Positions 27,301-33,591 of a DNA stretch of 33,591 nt are shown here, in pieces; positions within the stretch are counted from its first letter, which is position 1, and each line of letters starts with the position of its first letter. The notes under the pieces are model-generated. The model was not told the DNA's origin. It saw only the letters and a list, made by a program, of their open reading frames with translations, and did not search any database. This stretch comes from Intoshia linei (lineage: Eukaryota; Animalia; Orthonectida). Location: contig LWCA01000289.1 of the NCBI GenBank assembly GCA_001642005.1, positions 1 to 33,591 of the forward strand. The letters are read 5' to 3'. The position numbers and the translations under genes were made by a program.

Positions 27301-27975
27301 CAATTAATATCGTATTATAAAAAGATGTTTATAATGTATATTATTTTAGGAGTAGAAAAGAATATGAATGAATTCATGTTGCAATTGATTAGTATTGACA
27401 TTCTATCATCTCAAGAACGAGAGAAGTTGAATATTTTGTATAAAAACGAAATTGACGATCAAGATGTTGAAACTGAACCTGAACATGTTAAATATAGTCA
27501 ATACATCAACTCAAAAAGCCAATATCATAAATTTATGTTTAACCAATTAATTGCTGAAATGATGGAACATGAAAAAGTAGAATATCAAAAAATTTGCCTA
27601 AAAACATTATTGCTATTAGATGTCGACTTTGAAACATTGGAATATCATGAAATGATTAACAAAATTAAATTTTTGAAAGAAGGCATATGTGACGCTGCAA
27701 TAGTGAGGTACATAACAAAACTTGAACATAAACTGTCATTATTGAAACCGTCAAGTGATTCTGAAAACGAAAATGCAGATAACACTTTGCAAAATTCTAT
27801 ACTATTTACTAAAGTAGTTGATAACGATGTAAATATGACAAATGAAACTATAAATGAAACAGAGTCAAATGTACCTACTCAATCTAAAAATATGCGTTTA
27901 GGCATTCCTGGAAATACAAAACTTATAGACATGACAATGACCCATCAAGACACCAGTTACTCAATTACCGAATAA
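21391..27975 (+). CDS. NCAPG: Condensin I complex subunit 3 (CAP-G), HEAT-repeat protein, ~1130 aa, three exons
   Basis: Exon 1 is 21391-21534 (GAG|gt, phase 0), exon 2 is 22672-25294 (ATT G|gtaatt) and exon 3 is 27350-27975 (ttttag|GA, phase 1). CAP-G motifs: RMDDVKSTVREQAVFALSRLQ, DSCPSVRKAIL, IIERTRDINSGVRK, IIEIISEIRQP, coiled coil LRDRLDIAISEDNYIEAQNLMKEI, IFDLLSIYG, AVDGICRL. Confidence 0.9.
22445..22642 (-). mobile_element. Dispersed repeat, probable non-autonomous Helitron 5' part (NCAPG intron 1)
   Basis: The reverse complement aligns with 30421-30605 (AACAGTTCTAGAATTAAAAAA..CTCAATTTCTAATAC). It starts A|TCCTTATTCATATAAAATTGAATGTCTGTT, a Helitron-style TC 5' end. A partial copy lies at ~9345-9470. 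Confidence 0.6.
25345..27190. repeat. Degenerate AT-rich tandem repeat region filling NCAPG intron 2
   Basis: A motif like AAAAATCCAATTATACCCAAAA...TTTAC recurs. Near-identical ~80-bp blocks lie at ~26030, ~26213 and ~26370, and AAAAAAACCGTCAT.TATGCCCTAATATTTAC occurs at ~26145 and ~26495. Confidence 0.75.
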
Positions 27976-28114
27976 TGAAAAGATTTTTCATATTTGTTAT
28001 TTTGTTTAAATGAAATGTTTGTATTTACTATACATGTACATTAAATTTTCTTTTCTTTTTAATTCAAATATTTGTTCAATAGTTTAGTTACTAAAACTGT
28101 ATTTTTTATTTTTA

Positions 28115-28962
28115 ATGACATCTAATCTTTCTCAATTAGTGTTCTTTTTATTCATCAATTGTCTAAATATTTCATCTATCGCCATTCCATTGAACGATTC
28201 TACAAGTTTATTGTAATGATTGTTATTTATATAGTTTTAGTTTCCATTAATCACATGGGAAGTTTGTTTTTTCCTTACAGCTTGACTGTGCAGTGTACTG
28301 TTCTCGTTAATGTCTCTGAAATTGCCATTCTCAAGGATAACGTTATACTAAATATTACAAGATTTGATGTTGGCCGTCACTTTAATAAGTATAGTGTTTT
28401 TGTACAATTTCCGATTGTGGTTTATGCCGATTCAGGCAAATATCAATGTTTTGCTAAAATTTGTAATTTATATCAAACTCCAATTATATTATGGTCGGAT
28501 GAATTGAATGTTGAAATTAAACAAATGGGTAAGTTAATAGTCTAACCAGGATAAGTCAAAACGATTTGAATGTAAAAATAAATGTTTATCTCACAAAGAT
28601 ATTCATAAATGCAAAGTTAAAAAGGTATTTTCAAAGTCAAAATTTCAATTTTAGAGGTTTTGATTTATCTAGGTCACTGTAAAGTGGTAAATCATATTTC
28701 ATCACGATTGAATTAATTTCCAATTTTAGAATTTAAAAAATCAAATATTGTATATTATCCAATTTTCCTATGCATGATATCCTTAATATTAACAATTCTT
28801 ATATGGATCTTGTATTTTTACACGGAAAAATATGGAAATATCCTTGACAATTTTTGTAAGCCTAAAAAAATTAAAGGTAGTTTATTATTGTGCATCATAT
28901 CTAAGTCAGCCTTTGTAATGGTCTCCATAGTGTTTCACATAATTCTGAATTATGAAAATTGA
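28115..28962 (+). CDS. Small single-Ig-domain type I membrane protein (spliced; 3' end uncertain)
   Basis: The ATG at 28115 opens a signal-like MTSNLSQLVFFLFINCLNISSIA. The Ig-like exon reads LTVQC...ILKDN...ADSGKYQCFAK...LNVEI, with the D-x-G-x-Y-x-C motif and about 50 residues between the cysteines. A phase-1 intron (28529-28729, gtaag...ttttag) joins it to a transmembrane exon, YPIFLCMISLILTILIWILYFY. Confidence 0.6.
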
Positions 28963-29250
28963 GAAAAAAATCAGCCAAATTTTTTAAGATTAAGATGGAA
29001 AATTTCTGGTGAACCATGGGAAATTCCTGTTTCCTTGAGATAATATTATAATGTTTATTAAATTTTTTAAATAGATCGTCTAATGTGCGAAACAATGTCA
29101 TGTTCAGCATTTACAAATTGTTCTATCCGAGAAAACGGTTTTTACATCGTCAATTGATTGTAATATTGTGATTAATTCTAAAAATTATATTTGTACATTT
29201 GTATTATAATATCAATGTAATTTTAAATATTCATTTTTTATAATAAAATT

Positions 29251-32200
29251 TTACCTTGCTAAATTCAAAATTTTTACAAATTTTTTCATTAAAAAAATAT
29301 ACAAATGATGATCCATCCAAAAATTTGTATTTTTCAAAATTTCACTTTTTATTTCATTATAATTGTATTTGTACTTTGATTTGAAGGTATTTTTTTTAGT
29401 TAAAATTTTAGAATTTGTTAAGATTTGAAATAATTTGTTTGTTTCTTGATAATAATCAATGTTTCCAAAAATTATAAACTTTTCAATTACATTTTTTTTT
29501 GCATTTTTTAATATAATCTTTTTCCATTTTAATTTGTTGAAATCAATTTTATTTAAATTTGACAACATGTATGTCATTCTATTCAATACTGTATCTGGAA
29601 CACATTTGATAAATTGGGTGAAATTTTTTATTTCGTCTAAATTTTCAATTACCATTTATTGTAATTTAGTTTCATCTTTTCAAATTTTTATCAATTATAT
29701 AATTAGTCTTGAAAGTTATAGTTTTTGTGTATAAAGTAAATTAATTTTTTAACAATTCCTCAAAATTTTTGGGAATCCTTGCATCAATATGTTATTTTTA
29801 CTCATCATCGGAAAGTAAATTATTAGATAGAATAAATATGATTAGTTGGTCGACAATAGTTTTCAAAAATTCTTAAATAAGTATCAATATTAAACCAGTT
29901 AAATTGTCCGCAAAATATATACGAAATTTTTACATATTTTAGTCAATTTATTGAATGTATTGTTTGAAATAAAAACGCACAAAACAAAAATTGGCTGTAA
30001 TCGCTAGTGTACAATAATTATTTTTTTAGTCTGCGTTAAAAATGTCTGTCTCACTTTTATATTTTTATATATGAGTGCACTTTTAATTTTGTCAGCTCTA
30101 TTCATTATGCCTACAGTTTTAAAATTTTCATTTCATTTGTTAGTCCAATTTCAATTTACAATTTTTAATGAACGCACTATAATATTGAAAAAATATGATG
30201 CTATCTACATTTTATTATCTCTTGTATTAATCGAAATATAAATACGGACTATTCTATTCTAGTCTAGAATAGTTATGATGTAACCAACTTTGATGTCTAA
30301 CTGGCAGTGATTACAGTCACATAATTTTTATTGCCCAGGAATCCTGGGCCAGGATAGTAGTTTTCATATACACGTGTTTTGATATAACTTAAAATAAACA
30401 AAAAATGGTAAAAATAAAATTCTTTACTTATATAAAATTAATGTCTGTTATCGTTTATTTTAAAAAATAACAGTTCTAGAATTAAAAAACTCAATTTCTA
30501 ATACAATTTTTTGAGTGATGTTTATATCTTAGTTTCATTTTCCTAAATTCAGTCGTTAAGGGTGAAAAACTAAATTTTCTCTTTTTTTGAAAAATAAAAT
30601 CAACCCAAAATATTGAGTACCCACTGGGAACTACCCGAAATGTTTGCGAAACATTTATTAAACATCAAAGTTATGATTATGATTCATAATTGTCAAGCCC
30701 AGGCACGTGGATAAGTGGCTAGGGTTCTATACTGTCTATGGCGAATCCTTTTAATGATTAGGTCGTTAAGAATAGCTAATTGTGTCGCACATTTTTATAT
30801 TGCGTAGAATTAACTGTATTTATAATACTGCACAACTTCCGCTTCAAATTGCACGTAAATAATACATTTTAGTATCCTTACATATATAATATGCTACGCG
30901 ATTTTTGTTTGTGTGTGTTCTATTGTATTAAAACAAAAAATGTGAAATAATTAACGGTCCGAAAATTATAAAAAAAATTATTCCGATAGCGCTTATTCCA
31001 GTTGATAAAATACAAAAGTTCAACCCGAGAAATCTTTGCATTCCCGATGAAAAATAATTTTTAATATATTATCAACCAATATTTTTTCAAATATTTCGTT
31101 AAAATAAAAATTGAAAATGTAAATATTGATCCTACAATTTCAAAAAAAAATGTGCATTGTATGTCTACACATTTCCAATAAAGAAATATGGGTGAAAATC
31201 TATATAATTCATTCCTTCGGATTTTTTTCATTGCTATGCAATTTTTAAATTTCAAATTCTCATTTTCAAAACATTTTTAATACAATTTAAATAGAAACTA
31301 GTATTAATATAATTTAGAAAACCTTACTCTTGTTGCAACTATATCTATAGGAAAGATCTTTCGTTCCCATATCAACTGAATCCCACATGGAATTACCCTT
31401 TTTTTCGTTAAATTTATAATATTCACTGATAATTCTTTTGACAGGATCTCGAATTAAAGTAATGTATACTTTTTCATTACTAATAAGATAATAAACTTAA
31501 ATAAATTATTAAAAATATTCTAGTACAGTGATTCTGTACAGTAAAAATGAAAATTTTATTATTTAAATGGGAAATTTAAAATTCAGGAATTAATCTATTT
31601 AAAAATAAATTAATGATTCGAGTGCGAAAGATGCATCTGCTAAAGAATCAATAAGAAAATTTTTGTCAGAGATGTGTAATTCATACCAAAAACTAGTAGA
31701 AAAAGCTATTATAATTCTGTTACCTTTCGTATTAACCAAGGATTTCAGATTCAATTTACTTGGCGGGTCAAATGTGACAAAAAATATCTTTACTTAACTC
31801 ATTATTAAACTAACAGTTTTAATTATTTAATAAAATGAAATAAGAAACAATAATTGAATAGGAGCATAACTAATGCTAAAATTATAACCACGAATAAATA
31901 AATCTATGAAAAATGTGTAAAAAAAAAAATATAAAAATTTTTGTAAATAAAATCACAAAGGCCGCACATTCCATAATTGGGGACCACAAATGGCCGACGG
32001 GTCGCATAATTGACAGATTTAGTATTTTTAAGTATGATAATGTATTACCTAGATTGAGGATATTTCAAATTTTTAGGACAGTAGCTAGCTAGTTTTTTTT
32101 TAATGTTACAATTTTCAAAATGCGAAAAATCTGCATGAACACCGCAAACCCAACCAACGGTATATCGACTAACGATAGGAATATGACTATTGAATAGAAA

Positions 32201-32683
32201 TGTTTTGAAATTTTTAATATTTACTCTTTTATGTCCATATATAGATCCTTCAACATCTGAACGTATGGTATAATTTGATTTACAAATTAATTTCTTGATA
32301 CAATTGATACAATCAATTTTTTTAAATTTTAATTTAATAAGTTTAGAACAAAACATTTTGCAAAATTGTTTTTCATAAAACGTTCCACCAGTTTTTTGAA
32401 TATGAATAAACACAAATTGTGTAAATTTGTTATAAATTATGCACAAGTCGTTTAATTTTGCAACTTTAAGTTCGTTTTCCAAGGTTTCTAGATTCGCATT
32501 TTTTCTGATCATTTCAATGTTCTTTAAATTATCAATTTTATTGCAATTTTGAATAAATTGAGTTATTTTTGATTCATTTTTTTTCTTGAAATATTCATAT
32601 TTTGGTAGATTGTATAAAATAATGATTGTTAAAAAAAGAATTAACAGAATCATTTTTATCAAAAATTTAGTACATATTTTCAT
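29251..32683 (-). CDS. HS6ST: Heparan-sulfate 6-O-sulfotransferase, type II Golgi membrane protein, ~390 aa, three exons
   Basis: Exon 1 (32683-32049) has an N-terminal TM helix, the 5'-PSB motif FVFIHIQKTGGT and SRYTVGWVCGVHAD (cf. SRFSTGWSCGLHAD). Exon 2 (31479-31328) has the 3'-PB motif YITLIRDPVKRIISEY. Exon 3 (29636-29251) has FIKC...NRMTYMLSNL, NAKKNV..FIIFG and MDHHLY. Both junctions are phase-compatible. A tiny extra terminal exon near 29150-29177 is possible. Confidence 0.88.
30421..30640 (+). mobile_element. Second copy of the Helitron-like dispersed repeat (HS6ST intron 2)
   Basis: TCTTTACTTATATAAAATTAATGTCTGTT...AACAGTTCTAGAATTAAAAAACTCAATTTCTAATAC is an inverted match to 22445-22642. 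Confidence 0.6.
31580..32016 (+). mobile_element. hAT (Charlie/Buster-type) transposon remnant in HS6ST intron 1
   Basis: A frameshifted IQELI.../NDSSAKDASAKESIRKFLSEMCNSYQKLVEKAIIILLPF matches the hATC domain. A GGCCGCA...GGCCGACGGGTCGCA subterminal end lies at 31960-32016. Confidence 0.65.
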
Positions 32684-33044
32684 TTTTTAGTATAGTATTG
32701 TGCAATGTCTATATCAGATTTCATGTGATTTAACATGTATGTCTGATATCAGTTTTAGTGGCATTAAGTTAGATAGAAATAATATATGCAATTATGAAAT
32801 TTTTAGTATTATTAACGGCAATAAATTGTCGTTATATGCCACATGTTCAAAGAGAGTACACATGTATAAACCATATATCTCACAATCACCGTAATTTACC
32901 CGAGACTGTATTATTTGACTTGGTGATTTGATTTGATAAATTTAAGTATTTAAATTAGATATACATGAATTAAATATTTCATGTATTGTAAAAATTTAAA
33001 ATTTATTATAATAAGTATTATATAATATTAATTGTATATGTAAA

Positions 33045-33100
33045 CAAGGTTGACTGTTATGTACCACGTACAAACAGTACCTAGCTCTGCCTAGGGCGAA
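33045..33100 (-). mobile_element. Helitron/Helentron-like 3' terminus, copy 2
   Basis: GGTTGACTGTTATGTACCACGTACAAACAGTACCTAGCTCTGCCTAGGGC closely matches 399-448 and ends CTTG|T on the minus strand. Confidence 0.55.
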
Positions 33101-33222
33101 CTTTTTTGGTGATTATATTCGATGAGTAAAAAATTTCAATTTTGTATCAATAATTAGCGGAAGCAGTAGTTTAACAACATATTTTGGATGAATTTTACCA
33201 ACATTGCAGCATTGTAATAAAT

Positions 33223-33379
33223 TAAAGTGGTCAGAAAAATACGTACTATCACATATAGTTTATTTGGAATAAATTTTAAGCCGAAAATTTTTATTCGTCA
33301 CCATAGATAAGTAGTTTTGGCTTTACATTTAACACCAATTAAACTAAAATTGATAGTACGTATTTTTCTGGCCACTTTA
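33223..33379. mobile_element. Fold-back MITE with ~65-bp imperfect inverted arms
   Basis: TAAAGTGGTCAGAAAAATACGTACTATCA... pairs with ...TGATAGTACGTATTTTTCTGGCCACTTTA, and the pairing continues imperfectly to AAGCCGAAAA/TTTTGGCTT. TA occurs at both ends. Confidence 0.8.
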
Positions 33380-33591
33380 CTAAAATCATACAGTCGGACA
33401 TCGGATTGGGGCACCATTTTATGAAAAGTGCTCCAAAAACAGGGGTTTTAGTAAGTTATCTAATTTTTCATTGAATATTTAAACTATTGCAATATATCAT
33501 GATATTATATTTGTTTCTATATGAGTCCAACACGGTCTAGGGTGATATTTTCAGGTAAATACCTGAAAAACAAAATTTAATAAAAATCTCA

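Noticed and set aside
28901-32894. Small ORFs at 28901-29110, 29459-29734, 31061-31255 and 32700-32894
   Set aside because: These are antisense, intronic or flanking AT-rich chance ORFs around HS6ST without motifs.

Overview
This is very AT-rich eukaryotic (animal) genomic DNA with GT-AG introns, many only 35-50 bp. The ORF track is fragmentary because most genes are spliced. Three conserved genes were reconstructed by eye: a many-exon CFAP65 orthologue (- strand, ~3433-17670), condensin I subunit NCAPG/CAP-G (+ strand, three exons, 21391-27975) and heparan-sulfate 6-O-sulfotransferase (- strand, three exons, ~29251-32683). Two small genes are missed or mis-called by the ORF track. One is a two-exon 42-aa secreted peptide precursor (signal peptide, YDWRPYNW, KR site, short tail; - strand, 19799-19973) that looks like a neuropeptide prohormone of a family I do not recognise. 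The other is a single-Ig-domain type I membrane protein (+ strand, from 28115). Introns and intergenic DNA contain decayed DNA transposons (hATm-like, hAT Charlie/Buster, TA-flanked MITEs, Helitron-like ends) and degenerate tandem repeats. The mini-introns, AT content and strong protein divergence suggest a compact-genome ciliated invertebrate such as an orthonectid; that is inference only. All homology statements come from recalled family motifs, not from database searches.
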